Source of the DNA: a virus
Lineage: Duplodnaviria > Caudoviricetes
Strand: one strand, 5' to 3'
DNA length: 64,000 nucleotides
Virus record (IMG/VR): IMGVR_UViG_3300021091_000011
This document shows, piece after piece, positions 30,142-40,084 of the stretch (positions are counted from its first letter, which is position 1; every line of letters starts with the position of its first letter). The translations under genes were made by a program, and so were the position numbers. Below the pieces are notes generated by a model. The model was not told where the DNA came from. It saw nothing but the letters and a program-made list of their open reading frames with translations, and ran no database searches.

Positions 30142-30559
30142 CTTGGCTACCCAACATCGAATCGGCCCAAGCGAAAAGCACTTGCGCGTCCTCGGGACTA
30201 TCGAACACGGCCAAATCCGTGAATACGTCGAGCGGCAAACAAAACGGATGCTCGCTCTCGAACTCAGACTCCAACTCAAACTGCACGACGCCCGTGTCAG
30301 TCACGTTCACGACCACACCGGGCGTTTCGTTTTTACCAAACGAAAATACGATCTCCTGCATGATATCGGACGCGATGCGGCGATGTGCAGAAGGACTTTG
30401 CAGATACTTACGTCGAGTTATCTTGGCGCGGGATTTGTTGCGCCTACGCCACGATTTCGCGCGCATCTTGATCTTAGTTTTATGCGTGCGGTAATAGGCT
30501 TTGGCTTTAGTGCGGGCCAAGCCACGAGATTTACGCTGACGCCGGAACGCGGTTTTCAT
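30131..30559 (-). CDS. Protein with highly basic N-terminal half and SH3-like C-terminal half
   Basis: MKTA|FRRQRKSRG...RRIA|SDIM. Confidence 0.8.
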   Translation of the reverse strand: MKTAFRRQRKSRGLARTKAKAYYRTHKTKIKMRAKSWRRRNKSRAKITRRKYLQSPSAHRRIASDIMQEIVFSFGKNETPGVVVNVTDTGVVQFELESEFESEHPFCLPLDVFTDLAVFDSPEDAQVLFAWADSMLGSQDEF

Positions 30560-31641
30560 TACTCACCATCTCTACGACTGATGCCACGGCGCTTATACTT
30601 AAGCGGGTTTTCACGATACTCTTTGCGCTTCTTCATGCAATCTCTATCACGGCGGCAGAACTCATGGTATCGCCGCTTGGCTTGCACTTTCTCGCGCGAC
30701 TTGTTTCTTTTGTACGCCTTGCTCTCTTCGAGTTTGCGTTTTGGGTCTTGATTCTTCTGAAAGGTAGGCGCGGGCAATCCAGACTCCCACGCGCACTTCT
30801 CAAGATAGCGAGCCAAAACGCGAGCGGTCATGCTTCGACGAGTGGGCATATTGTAATCGAACTTCGTCGGATGCCCATACTCGTCGCCAGGCAAACCCGA
30901 TGAACGCGGTTGAATGTTACGATTCGAGTCCGGCGTGTTTTCCTCTACGCGAGGTATATCACGCCCGCCGCTCGGCATCGCCGTCGAAGGGTTCGTCGCG
31001 CTATCTGGCTCACGGTCAATGTCCGTAGGCAGATTGTTCTTAGACTTCGGATGAACGTAAGTCTGGACGCTCGGTACGACTATGGACGCCGTGCGGTTAC
31101 AAAAAGCCTCATTCACCGGACGAGGCTTATCATCGTTGGCCCAAAACGCCGTGATTAGCCTTACAGACAAATCAGACTTAATGGCGAAAACGATGGTGAG
31201 GCCGATTTTCGGGTCTGACCAACGCACGCCTTCGTCGCGGCGCAAATCGGCAACCCATTTCGTGTATTGAGAATCGCCACGCGACTTCGAGTTCAAAAAC
31301 GCCCTATTAAAAGACGCCAGCGCGATTCGCACTTCGGGGACGGTGATGCCACGCAAGTCCATTCGGTATTGCGCGTGGGCACTAATCTGAATGTTCTTAA
31401 ACTGCGTCTTATCAGGCGCACGCTCTTGCTCAATCCCATAGACTTTGGAAGCCTCGGGATTGCTCAGGTCTGCGCCAACTTCGACGTCATCAATCAAATC
31501 TTCGGCCAAGGCCGGATTCGTGACGTTCTGGCGAATACGCTGCATGACGTGGCACGGACCACCCGGATAACCGAGCGGCGGTGCCAAGTCAGAGTTCATA
31601 TAGCGCGAAGCAACTCGCTTAGGTAATGCGGCGTACTGCAT
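30559..31641 (-). CDS. Modular cargo-like protein with basic C-terminus
   Basis: 360 aa; N-terminal LPKRVASRY tag; central ISAHAQYRMDLRGI segment (RelE/DUF4258-like pattern). Confidence 0.8.
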   Translation of the reverse strand: MQYAALPKRVASRYMNSDLAPPLGYPGGPCHVMQRIRQNVTNPALAEDLIDDVEVGADLSNPEASKVYGIEQERAPDKTQFKNIQISAHAQYRMDLRGITVPEVRIALASFNRAFLNSKSRGDSQYTKWVADLRRDEGVRWSDPKIGLTIVFAIKSDLSVRLITAFWANDDKPRPVNEAFCNRTASIVVPSVQTYVHPKSKNNLPTDIDREPDSATNPSTAMPSGGRDIPRVEENTPDSNRNIQPRSSGLPGDEYGHPTKFDYNMPTRRSMTARVLARYLEKCAWESGLPAPTFQKNQDPKRKLEESKAYKRNKSREKVQAKRRYHEFCRRDRDCMKKRKEYRENPLKYKRRGISRRDGE

Positions 31642-31672
31642 ATACAGTACGGGGCGATAACCTAAAAACCGC

Positions 31673-32308
31673 TTAGAACGTGATGCGCCAAGTGATCGAG
31701 AGCCGAGCCGTAGCAGGGCAACTAAGCACGGCGAAGGTCAAATAGTTCACGAGGATGTCGTAAACCGTAAGATCAACCGTCGTGTCTCGCGTCGGGAAGG
31801 TATTGGGGTTCGGATTCGTGGTCAGCGGGTTCGCTGAGATCGTCGAAAGAATCCCCATCTCGTTCAAAGGTCCAACGGCTTCACCCTCGTCAAACGTGCA
31901 GGTGAAGTCCACGATGTTCGTCGGGATCGCCACGGCATTACCCGAGCCATCACGAAACGTCGTGGTCGAAAACGGCTTCCGCGCGATTTCCGCGTTAAGT
32001 TTGCGTTGCCGAGAATCCGGAGCGTCAGGCGACAAAAGCGCGCCCGTCGCTCCGGTTCCCACGGCCAGCATATTCATACCATTCGTTCGAGAAGCCGGAT
32101 CCCGCAGCAGGATTGCTGCGAGGATTCCGGCGTCGAGCGTAATGATGTTCATGCGGTGGTCTTGCCACACCACGCGATCTTTTTCGGTTACGGTGATAAA
32201 GACCTCGCCCTTCGCCGAACAAATGCCAAGAGTGGCATTGTAGGCAGGGTGCATATCGAATCTCGATGCACCCGAAGCCGCTCGAAAGTGGTCATTCACG
32301 ATGGGCAT
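31673..32308 (-). CDS. Putative baseplate/tail structural protein
   Basis: AVGTG...LNAEIARK...TFDEGEAVGPLNEMG...ITWRITF pattern seen in tail-fibre-proximal proteins. Confidence 0.65.
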   Translation of the reverse strand: MPIVNDHFRAASGASRFDMHPAYNATLGICSAKGEVFITVTEKDRVVWQDHRMNIITLDAGILAAILLRDPASRTNGMNMLAVGTGATGALLSPDAPDSRQRKLNAEIARKPFSTTTFRDGSGNAVAIPTNIVDFTCTFDEGEAVGPLNEMGILSTISANPLTTNPNPNTFPTRDTTVDLTVYDILVNYLTFAVLSCPATARLSITWRITF

Positions 32309-32331
32309 GGGCTTATCCCCCGTATCCTACG

Positions 32332-32658
32332 TCAAGCCTTCTTCTTAAACGCTACGAAGGAAGCCACGAGCGCAAAGACAAGGCAACCGACGATGATGTA
32401 AGGTGTATTGCTTCCCGAAGCCTCTTCCACTACCGCCGCCGCTACCGAAGCAGGAGCCGAAGGCGCAACCGAAGGCGCGGCATCGGGAGCCGCCGAGGAA
32501 GGAAGGCTCGCGTCGTGGGGGGCAGACGCAGGGGCAGCAGCGTCAACAGCAGCCGAAACCACAGCGGGTGCCGAAGCCACAGCAGCGGCGGGCTGAACAG
32601 GCTCGTTGGCAAAAGCAACGAGCGGAAAAAGCAGAGAAACAAGAGCGAGCTTACGCAT
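32332..32658 (-). CDS. Signal peptide, Ala/Pro/Ser linker and C-terminal TM anchor protein
   Basis: MRKLALVSLLFPLVAFA signal; YIIVGCLVFALVASFVAFKKKA anchor. Confidence 0.75.
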   Translation of the reverse strand: MRKLALVSLLFPLVAFANEPVQPAAAVASAPAVVSAAVDAAAPASAPHDASLPSSAAPDAAPSVAPSAPASVAAAVVEEASGSNTPYIIVGCLVFALVASFVAFKKKA

Positions 32659-32713
32659 AAAAACAACCTCCGTTGTAAGCGCGTATGGCAGTCAATAGCC
32701 CTACTAACGCTTA

Positions 32714-33907
32714 TCAACCACGTTTGGCGAGTTCCTTGTCGATTCCGTTGCGAACGGCATCGATCTCAATCGCCTTAATACGCGCGATCACGTCGGCATC
32801 GCCCCCGAAGCGATCAACCGCCGTCTTTACGCGCACGCGCCAATGCGCGTTCATATCCCAATCAGATTCGTTAAACTCAGCAAACTCGACCACGTCAGCC
32901 TGAGCCTCGACTAAATCTTCGGGCACGTTGGACTCTTCGGCCTTGAAGTCACTTACAGGCGTGTGAGTCACGGCGATTTTGAAGTCACTATTGCGGACCT
33001 CGCGGACAGGCTTGAGGTTATTGCTCAACGCCTCAATGTGATTCAGGATGCGGTCGAGTTTCGATTCGATCTTCTCTACGTTGATCGTGAGAAGATCGAG
33101 TTCTTTCTTCGACGCAAAATCTCGCGCAGGCTCCGGCACCAGATTAGCGTTCACGGGCAAGCCGAGAATCTTGGCCGAAGGCACCGAAGCCGTAACCGCA
33201 GACTTGACGATTACGCCGTCCTCTTGCCCGCCCGTGGCCGAAGAACCCGCAGCGAACTTGGCGCGGGCTTCGGACTCATCGCCACGCCCCTCGCCCGCAA
33301 CGCCCGGCGAAGGCTTGCCCGTCTCAGCCGCGTCGTCAAACAAGTCGACCAACTCGTTCGCAGCGACGGCGACCGGAATTTTCTCCATAGCGATACGCGA
33401 CTTGTTATCTAACTCGGTAACGACACGGCGGTCGTCCGTTCCGATTTCAATCGGACCCGACTTCGCGGGCGTCTTGAGTTTGGCGATCACCACGCCATCG
33501 CTCGCAGGTGGGTTCGTCTGCCCCGCGTTCTTGGCCTGATGCGTAGCAGGCGCTTCCGGCCCGCGTACTTTTTGTAAATCACCGACGTTCTGCTCATCCA
33601 CAGCGACGGTGACCTTGCTAGGGCGCATATCACGCTTCTCGCCCTTGTTCACCGCGTCACCAATCTGAATATCAGCAGGCTTGGGTGCATAAATAGACTT
33701 GGTATCCGTATCGGGCACCAACCAACCGACCTTGATCGCGCCACGCAACGCCGGAAACGGATGGTCTTGGCTACCACGACGAAGAACGGAACCGTCGAAA
33801 AGCACGACCTCGCCCGTTTCCAGATTCTCGCCAATCGAACCAAGGTGAACCTTGGTGAGTGCCTTGAAAGCCTGAAAGTCACCTTTATTAAACTGAGGCT
33901 CGGACAT
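32714..33907 (-). CDS. Hypothetical protein with low-complexity linker and coiled coil
   Basis: Probable start MSEPQF; ~397 aa. Confidence 0.75.
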   Translation of the reverse strand: MSEPQFNKGDFQAFKALTKVHLGSIGENLETGEVVLFDGSVLRRGSQDHPFPALRGAIKVGWLVPDTDTKSIYAPKPADIQIGDAVNKGEKRDMRPSKVTVAVDEQNVGDLQKVRGPEAPATHQAKNAGQTNPPASDGVVIAKLKTPAKSGPIEIGTDDRRVVTELDNKSRIAMEKIPVAVAANELVDLFDDAAETGKPSPGVAGEGRGDESEARAKFAAGSSATGGQEDGVIVKSAVTASVPSAKILGLPVNANLVPEPARDFASKKELDLLTINVEKIESKLDRILNHIEALSNNLKPVREVRNSDFKIAVTHTPVSDFKAEESNVPEDLVEAQADVVEFAEFNESDWDMNAHWRVRVKTAVDRFGGDADVIARIKAIEIDAVRNGIDKELAKRG

Positions 33908-33934
33908 ACGAAGCAATCCCCTTACGAAAAGTTG

Positions 33935-34366
33935 TTAGCCGCTGACGCCGAAGCGGGCGTCTGTGATCAACACCATATCAGTCTCGGTCACGGCGATACC
34001 GACCTGAATAAACGTACTCGGCGTGCTCAAACTCGGCGGCGTTTGCGTTACTTCACCTGGCGTGGTAGATAAATACACGCGGCCATTAGGAACCAACGAG
34101 ATGCCACCTTGAACAATCGGCTTCACGTTGCTGCCCCGTGAAGCCACTACTGCGAGTGTAGACCCTGCGCCCGCAACACCTATGCAAGAGAATCCGAAGA
34201 ACTGCCCGCCCAAAAAAGTAGAGCCGCACTCTACGATAGTGGGCTTAGTACCGTCATTCGTTAGGGCTACTGCCGCACGAGAGCGAATAGGCGCACCCGA
34301 TACCGAACCCGGAACAGTAATCGTCCCCTGCGTACCCGTATACGCAGGGGCGTATCCGATAGGCAT
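33935..34366 (-). CDS. Capsid cement/decoration-like (DUF2190-like) protein
   Basis: GRVYLSTTPGEVTQTPP...QVGIAV pattern, paralogous to the C-terminus of 35680-38352. Confidence 0.65.
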   Translation of the reverse strand: MPIGYAPAYTGTQGTITVPGSVSGAPIRSRAAVALTNDGTKPTIVECGSTFLGGQFFGFSCIGVAGAGSTLAVVASRGSNVKPIVQGGISLVPNGRVYLSTTPGEVTQTPPSLSTPSTFIQVGIAVTETDMVLITDARFGVSG

Positions 34367-34618
34367 TTAGTTCGTCTCCGTAATAATCAGGCCGGAAGCC
34401 CGCAAGTCTGACGTGATTCGATCACGAATCACTTGCAGTAACTCTAATGGAACACGAATGCGGGACACGACACGCGCTCGGTTGTCGCGTCCCGAATAAA
34501 CGCAAAAATCGAGCAAGACCTCAGACCCCCCACCGTCGTCTAATACCCGAAATGAATTCGCGTACTCCCCGAAGCAGGCGTCTTGCTCCACATGGCAATC
34601 TACGTTCTTCGTGCCCAT
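34367..34618 (-). CDS. DUF3467-like small protein
   Basis: GEYANSFRV...EVLLDF...VVSRIRVP pattern. Confidence 0.6.
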   Translation of the reverse strand: MGTKNVDCHVEQDACFGEYANSFRVLDDGGGSEVLLDFCVYSGRDNRARVVSRIRVPLELLQVIRDRITSDLRASGLIITETN

Positions 34619-34626
34619 AGGAGGGC

Positions 34627-34953
34627 TCAACCTTCTAACTTCTGCGCCGCCGTGTCGATGAAGTAACAAAATGCGCTAGAAGCAAAAGAGAAAATCACGG
34701 CCTCGCTCAAAAGCGCGTGCCAATCACCATTGCACGCTGCCAGAATCTTAGCGTTGGCGATCAGCCACACAATCCAGCCCGTGTGAAAACCCGTGCAATA
34801 GGGGCAACGCAGTAGCCGCTGGAAAAACGTATGTCCCTCTTCATTCTTGAAGAGCGGCAACCTGCGAAGTGCATTGGTCAAGAATTCGACCTTGTCGTTC
34901 ATTAGGCCGAAGCAAATGCCGTAGGCGGCGAGCAACATGAGTACGGTGGTCAT
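34627..34953 (-). CDS. DUF1360-like membrane protein
   Basis: Hydrophobic segments and the LLRCPYCTGFH motif. Confidence 0.7.
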   Translation of the reverse strand: MTTVLMLLAAYGICFGLMNDKVEFLTNALRRLPLFKNEEGHTFFQRLLRCPYCTGFHTGWIVWLIANAKILAACNGDWHALLSEAVIFSFASSAFCYFIDTAAQKLEG

Positions 34954-35576
34954 TCCTTGTTCTCCTTGGACTTACGAACCCCGCGTTCTTTCTTGGGCTC
35001 GGATGAAGCATCACCAGACTTACCACCAGACTTGCCAAATGCCTTTTCAATCGCCCGCGACAAGAATGCGCTCTTGGGCTTTTCTTCAGGGGCTTTCGCA
35101 GGTTCAGAAGGCTTAGGCGCAACAGGTTTGGGTTTGCTCGCCAGAGACGAAGGCTCGCTCGATTTCGCCAACGGAGCCTTTGCCATGAAGTCGGCCAGAT
35201 TCTCTTTGACCTTTTCTATATCGGGCAGATTCTCTACGCGCCTGCCTGAACCGAACTTCTCTTTGCGGCCCGAGTCTGAATCTTCGTCGTTCATGGGCAA
35301 GATTCGGCAACACGAGGTCTTAGCCGTCTGTTGGAAAATCTCGACCGTATCCGGCACCGCGTCCGCGTTGCAATCGAAGCCCAAGTCCAACTGATACTGT
35401 TGATTCAAGGCTTGAACGATCAGATTACGCTCGGTGACGAGTTCGGCTTCAACGCCCGAGTTTGTCGCATAAAGCAACTCGACGTGAATGAGACGCAAAA
35501 CCGCCTCACCCAAGCCCATGTAAACACGACGTTGTTCGCCAAGCACTTTGCCGGGAATATTAAAATCAGAAGCCAT
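34950..35576 (-). CDS. Hypothetical protein with Lys/Pro-rich tail
   Basis: 208-aa ORF coupled to the downstream gene. Confidence 0.75.
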   Translation of the reverse strand: MASDFNIPGKVLGEQRRVYMGLGEAVLRLIHVELLYATNSGVEAELVTERNLIVQALNQQYQLDLGFDCNADAVPDTVEIFQQTAKTSCCRILPMNDEDSDSGRKEKFGSGRRVENLPDIEKVKENLADFMAKAPLAKSSEPSSLASKPKPVAPKPSEPAKAPEEKPKSAFLSRAIEKAFGKSGGKSGDASSEPKKERGVRKSKENKE

Positions 35577-35597
35577 GCGTTATCTTACCCCATAAAT

Positions 35598-35640
35598 AGA
35601 AAAGGCCGGATAGAGATTTTGAATCTCTATCCGGCCTTCT
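35598..35640 (-). terminator. Terminator-like hairpin after the fibre gene
   Basis: AAGGCCGGATAGAG/CTCTATCCGGCCTT 14-bp inverted repeat with U-rich tail. Confidence 0.7.
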
Positions 35641-35679
35641 CTGAGACGCTAAAGCGACTCTAGTGAGTCGCTTTCAATG

Positions 35680-38352
35680 TCACGGACGCTTGGCGATGAA
35701 CTGCGGCGCGAAGAGCACCGAGTAAAGGCCGTTGACCGCGCTGCCCGACGCGAGGTAGCCAACACGGTAAACCGTGGTGCCCGACGCGGTGGGGGCCGTC
35801 AGCGTGACCTGACCCGCCGTGCCGAGGTACACGGCCTGACCGATGTTCGCGGCGGCAGGGCCGGACGCGAAGTCCATCGGCACCAGCGTACCGGGAACGG
35901 AGGCCGCGAGGACGCTATCGCCGTTATTGCCCGCGATCTGCACGACCGCCGCGATGACGCGCTTGTCGTCGGAAGCGTCATTATTCGCCGCCTTGAAGAA
36001 CTTGGGCGAACCCGAGGAGTTCTGGAAGCAGCCGACAAGACCCGCCGAGATCGTCTCGCCGAGCGTGACCTGAATGCCAGCGTAGGAGCCGAACAGGACC
36101 GGAGTGTTCGAGAACCTCGCAGTATCAGCGGTGAAGGTGATCAGGTCAGCAGAGGTGATGGAGATATCGCCGGACGTCGCCGTACTGAGCGTCAGGTTGC
36201 CGCTCGTAACGGTGAAGTTCGAGTCGTCGGCAGCATCGAGGCTGATGAAGCCATTGCCCGCATCAACCGTGATGTTATCGGTCGCATCGAGGTCGAGGTG
36301 CTGGCCAGCTTCGAGGTAGACGTTGTTCGTGCCCGTCGAAATGATGCCGAACGCGCCACCCGTCGCCGTGATCGTACCACCCGTGTTGGCGACGAAGAAC
36401 CCAAGGCTGTCGATGTTGACGTCACCCGAAAGGTCCGCGTCAAGATCAACACCGTTCAGGTCGAGCTTCGCAGCCGACGTGAGGATGATGTCGCCGGAGG
36501 TGGTGGTCTGAACCGTGAGGTTCGCGCCCGCGACGGATACGTCCGAGGCCGCACCCGCCGCGAGGCTGATGAAGCCCGTCGCGTCGAGTTCGAAGTTGCC
36601 CGTCACGTCAACGTCGGCGTTCGCGCCAGCGTCGATGTTCAGGAGGCCCGCCGAGGCCAGCGCGAGTTCACCGGAGGTGACCGTGCTGATCGTCAGGGTG
36701 TTGCTCGCAACCGTGAAGTTCGACGCCGCCGTACCGTCAAGGCTGATGCTCGCGCCGTCAACCGTGACGTCACCCGCCGAGTTCACATCGACGTTGCCGG
36801 AACCCGTGGTCTCAAGCGCAAGGTTCGCGCCAGCAACGGAGAAGTTCGACGCCGCAGCAGCATCAAGGCTGATGCCGCTCGTGGCATCGACCGTGACCGC
36901 AACCGCATCGGCGTCGATGTTGCCCGCCGAACTGAGGATGAGGTTGCCCGAGGTGATCGTGCTGACCGTGAGGTCGCCCGAGGTCGCGGACAGGTTGGAC
37001 GCGCCAGAGCCGTCGATGCTGAACGAGCTGGACGAGAAGAAGTCCATCGTGCCCGTCACGTCAACGTCGAGGTTCGCAGCCGCGTTCACGTCAATGAGGC
37101 CAGCGGAGGTGAGGTCGAGTTCACCGGAGGTGATCGTGCTGATCACGAGGTCCGCAGCCGTGACGGAGAAGTTCGACGCCGCAGCCGCGTCGAGGCTGAT
37201 GCCGCTCGTGGCATCGACCGTGACCGCAACCGCGTCCGCGTCGATGTTACCCGCCGAGCCGAGCACGAGGTTGCCGGAGGTAGTGGTGGCAAGCGTAAGG
37301 CTCGCACCCGCGACGGAGAAGTTCGACGCCGCAGCCGCGTCGAGGCTGATAGCACCCGTGGCGTCAACCGTGACCGCAACCGCGTCCGCGTCGATGTTGC
37401 CCGCCGAACTGAGGATGAGGTTGCCCGAAGTGATCGTGCTGACCGTGAGGTCCGCACTCGTGGTGCTGACGTTAGACGCCGAAGAACCGTCGATGCTGAA
37501 ACCGACCACATTGCCATCAGCGGGCTCAACGTTGAACGCACCGATAGCCTCTGTCATATCAATCGCGGGACCGACGTTGTACGCTTCCTGAAGGGAGACG
37601 TTCTGCGCCGACTCGTAGTAGAGCTTGGTACGGCCAGCGGGAGCCGCGCCAGCGCCAACCCACGCGCTCGCCGCGTAAGCCGTGGCGAACGTACCGACCG
37701 AAAGAGCGGTGTCACCAATCGCCGTGATCGCACCGTCGGAGATAGCGAACACGCCGAGGTTCACGCGCTTACAGACACCAGAAGATGCCGCACCCGCGTC
37801 AAACTGATTCTGAGCGAAGGGCGCGTTCGTGGGCATCGCGGAAGAAAGACCCGCGACCTTGACCTGCGTGCGACCCGCATTGTTAGAGCCGTCAGCGTTC
37901 TTGCCGTTATTGACTTCGCTGACAACAAAGAGACCGTTGTTGCCCGGAAAATCGGTGCAACCGCTGATCTCGATTACGTCGCCAGCGGAGTACGTCGTAG
38001 CACCAGTCGGGATGGAAAGCGCGAAGGCCGCGTCAGCCGAACCGCTATTGCCCGCCGCGAAAGCGAGGATGCTCGTAGAAGCCGTCGCCGCGAGGACGTT
38101 AACGGCGATACCGCCAGCCTTCGCCGTGCCGTTGGTTTGGCCGTTGTTGAGGTCGATGAACGAATCGCCAATAACGACGTTCTGCGAACCCGCCGAGATG
38201 ATGTCGCCAGTTACGCTAAGATTACCGCCGACAGAAAGATCGCTGCCGAGAGCAACCTTTACGCTGACCGACAGCGAATCGCTGCTGGTGTCGATGGTAC
38301 GGGAAAGCCCGTTTTCATCGAGCAGCAGCAGGTTATTTGCCTGAACCGCCAT
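35680..38352 (-). CDS. Repetitive head/tail fibre protein with C-terminal DUF2190-like domain
   Basis: 890 aa; repeated GNIDADAVAVTVDATxGISLDAAAASNFSV units; strongly biased codon usage. Confidence 0.85.
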   Translation of the reverse strand: MAVQANNLLLLDENGLSRTIDTSSDSLSVSVKVALGSDLSVGGNLSVTGDIISAGSQNVVIGDSFIDLNNGQTNGTAKAGGIAVNVLAATASTSILAFAAGNSGSADAAFALSIPTGATTYSAGDVIEISGCTDFPGNNGLFVVSEVNNGKNADGSNNAGRTQVKVAGLSSAMPTNAPFAQNQFDAGAASSGVCKRVNLGVFAISDGAITAIGDTALSVGTFATAYAASAWVGAGAAPAGRTKLYYESAQNVSLQEAYNVGPAIDMTEAIGAFNVEPADGNVVGFSIDGSSASNVSTTSADLTVSTITSGNLILSSAGNIDADAVAVTVDATGAISLDAAAASNFSVAGASLTLATTTSGNLVLGSAGNIDADAVAVTVDATSGISLDAAAASNFSVTAADLVISTITSGELDLTSAGLIDVNAAANLDVDVTGTMDFFSSSSFSIDGSGASNLSATSGDLTVSTITSGNLILSSAGNIDADAVAVTVDATSGISLDAAAASNFSVAGANLALETTGSGNVDVNSAGDVTVDGASISLDGTAASNFTVASNTLTISTVTSGELALASAGLLNIDAGANADVDVTGNFELDATGFISLAAGAASDVSVAGANLTVQTTTSGDIILTSAAKLDLNGVDLDADLSGDVNIDSLGFFVANTGGTITATGGAFGIISTGTNNVYLEAGQHLDLDATDNITVDAGNGFISLDAADDSNFTVTSGNLTLSTATSGDISITSADLITFTADTARFSNTPVLFGSYAGIQVTLGETISAGLVGCFQNSSGSPKFFKAANNDASDDKRVIAAVVQIAGNNGDSVLAASVPGTLVPMDFASGPAAANIGQAVYLGTAGQVTLTAPTASGTTVYRVGYLASGSAVNGLYSVLFAPQFIAKRP

Positions 38353-38548
38353 GTTTGAACTCCATGTGCTAAGTCACAAGTCGGCTGACGCAGAGACATT
38401 CGGCGTGCAGCACCCCTCGTAGTAATCTGTGTATTATTGTAGGGTAGTATTGACCAACCTGCACAAGTCAGACGAGACGAGCAGGCAACACCTCACTCGC
38501 TATCTAATAAGCGGGTATAGGTATTCTAACGACGATGGAGAACAAAAT

Positions 38549-38710
38549 ATGGCGTTCGTCAAAACGGGGATTGCAGTTAGCCGACCCAAACCCATCGAAG
38601 TAGACGTTGCTATCGGTGAAGAACGCGACGGCAAGGTTTGGGATGGCGTGAAATGGGTGACTAAGGCCGAGTGGGAAGCCAAGCAAGCCGGAAAGTCCGA
38701 CAATGGCTAA
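38549..38710 (+). CDS. Small hypothetical protein
   Basis: MAFVKTG... with GGAG RBS; KVWDGVKW motif. Confidence 0.7.
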   Translation: MAFVKTGIAVSRPKPIEVDVAIGEERDGKVWDGVKWVTKAEWEAKQAGKSDNG

Positions 38711-39074
38711 TACGTTCGCGGGCGGTGATTTCACTTTCACCGCTTCTTTTCTGACCGCAGACGGCCAGCCCATCGTTCCGGTCGCGTTACCGATCATTCA
38801 TTGTTTCTACTTCGACGCGAGCGGCAACAAAATCACGTTTATCGCTCCGACGAACATGGTCCCAATCATCGGGTCGCCAGGCCGTTATTCATACAAGGCC
38901 GCGATACCAGATAACCTCACCGTGAACACCGAGGTCTATGCCGATATGTCGGCCATAGACCCCGCCACGGGAGCCCGAATCGTGATCGAACAACCGACCA
39001 CGGTGATTTCTAACGCGAGCGGGGGCGTCGATGCCATTCGCGTCTCTTTCGTAAAGCCGCCAGGATTCTTATGA
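38703..39074 (+). CDS. Ig-like beta-sandwich protein (similar in pattern to the N-terminus of 2307-3275)
   Basis: 123 aa, GSPGRYSY motif. Confidence 0.7.
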   Translation: MANTFAGGDFTFTASFLTADGQPIVPVALPIIHCFYFDASGNKITFIAPTNMVPIIGSPGRYSYKAAIPDNLTVNTEVYADMSAIDPATGARIVIEQPTTVISNASGGVDAIRVSFVKPPGFL

Positions 39075-39487
39075 GCGAACAGAGTTATCTCGAAGACCGC
39101 CTCAACAAAATGCGTGAGGCTCAAGGCCAGATTCCCGATACTTTCAAGAAGTATCAAGAATTGGGCGAACGCGAAATCCAAGCCCTGATCTCCAAGGCCG
39201 GAATCGCGGACCAGATCGAAACGATCAAGGCCAAAGTCGAAGATCACCGCAAGCGGCTTCAGAAAGAATCAGACGTAATCGCGGGCCGCATTGCCGAAGT
39301 GCAGGCGATTTTGGAGAAGTTTCACTATGCGCCGATCCCCGAAGGCGTGACGCACATGCACGGCTTAGAACTCGCGCCGCTTGATTGGCAGACGAGATTG
39401 CTCGTCATGCAAGGCAACGAGGATACGATCACGGCGTTGGGCGGGACGCTCGAAAAGCCGAAAACCACTCGGCGCAAGCGTGCTTAA
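39071..39487 (+). CDS. Coiled-coil hypothetical protein
   Basis: 138-aa ORF coupled to the upstream gene. Confidence 0.75.
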   Translation: MSEQSYLEDRLNKMREAQGQIPDTFKKYQELGEREIQALISKAGIADQIETIKAKVEDHRKRLQKESDVIAGRIAEVQAILEKFHYAPIPEGVTHMHGLELAPLDWQTRLLVMQGNEDTITALGGTLEKPKTTRRKRA

Positions 39488-39711
39488 TCCTCGCGCGCAA
39501 ACTCGATGGTCACGAACCTATGCCCACACTCTAAGCATTTGCGCTTACGATAGACCGAGCAAATGCCCCATTCTTCGACGAGTTCTTGCATCTTAGCGAA
39601 AGACATAAAGCGACCTTTAATAAGGTGACCTTTCTCCGTGCTCAACACGAATGTTTCGGCCTTATTGCACTTCGAGCAAATCATCGTGACCCTATCAGGC
39701 AAATCCGACAC
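39484..39711 (-). CDS. Small zinc-ribbon protein
   Basis: CSKC and RKRKCLECGHRFVTIE (NrdR-N-like zinc ribbon). Confidence 0.65.
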   Translation of the reverse strand: MSDLPDRVTMICSKCNKAETFVLSTEKGHLIKGRFMSFAKMQELVEEWGICSVYRKRKCLECGHRFVTIEFARED

Positions 39712-39730
39712 ACGATACCCTGCGAGCAGC

Positions 39731-40084
39731 GTGTATTGGATCTACGTCATAGAATCGTTAGTGCCTCGTTACGCGAATAACGGACGTAGATTGCGTGGGT
39801 TTTTCTACGTCGGCATGACGACGCACCCCAACCGCAGATTACGCCAGCACAACGGCGAAATCTTGGGCGGGGGTCGTTATACTGCGAAGCATCGACCGTG
39901 GGTGCTCCGCACCGTGTACGGACCTTATTCTTCTAGGTCCGAAGCACTCAAAGCCGAGTACGCACTCAAGCATAGTAAGCGAGGCGAGGCCCGACTGAGT
40001 TGGACGCCTAATGATTCGGTTTGGTGCCGAACAGCGTATCAAATTGCGGAAGGGGAGGGATTCGAACCCTCGGTGAGGGATTAG
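39731..40084 (+). CDS. GIY-YIG nuclease (Slx1-like)
   Basis: WIYV...FYVGMT..NRRLRQHNG..GGGRYT..RPW..EALKAE; start placed at GTG 39731. Confidence 0.85.
   Translation: MYWIYVIESLVPRYANNGRRLRGFFYVGMTTHPNRRLRQHNGEILGGGRYTAKHRPWVLRTVYGPYSSRSEALKAEYALKHSKRGEARLSWTPNDSVWCRTAYQIAEGEGFEPSVRD

Noticed and set aside
35677-38358. 893-aa plus-strand ORF, and similar long antisense ORFs over the hexapeptide, scaffold and 18.3-19.1 kb genes
   Set aside because: Shadow frames caused by high GC3 and repeats in the real minus-strand genes; no RBS and unnatural composition.
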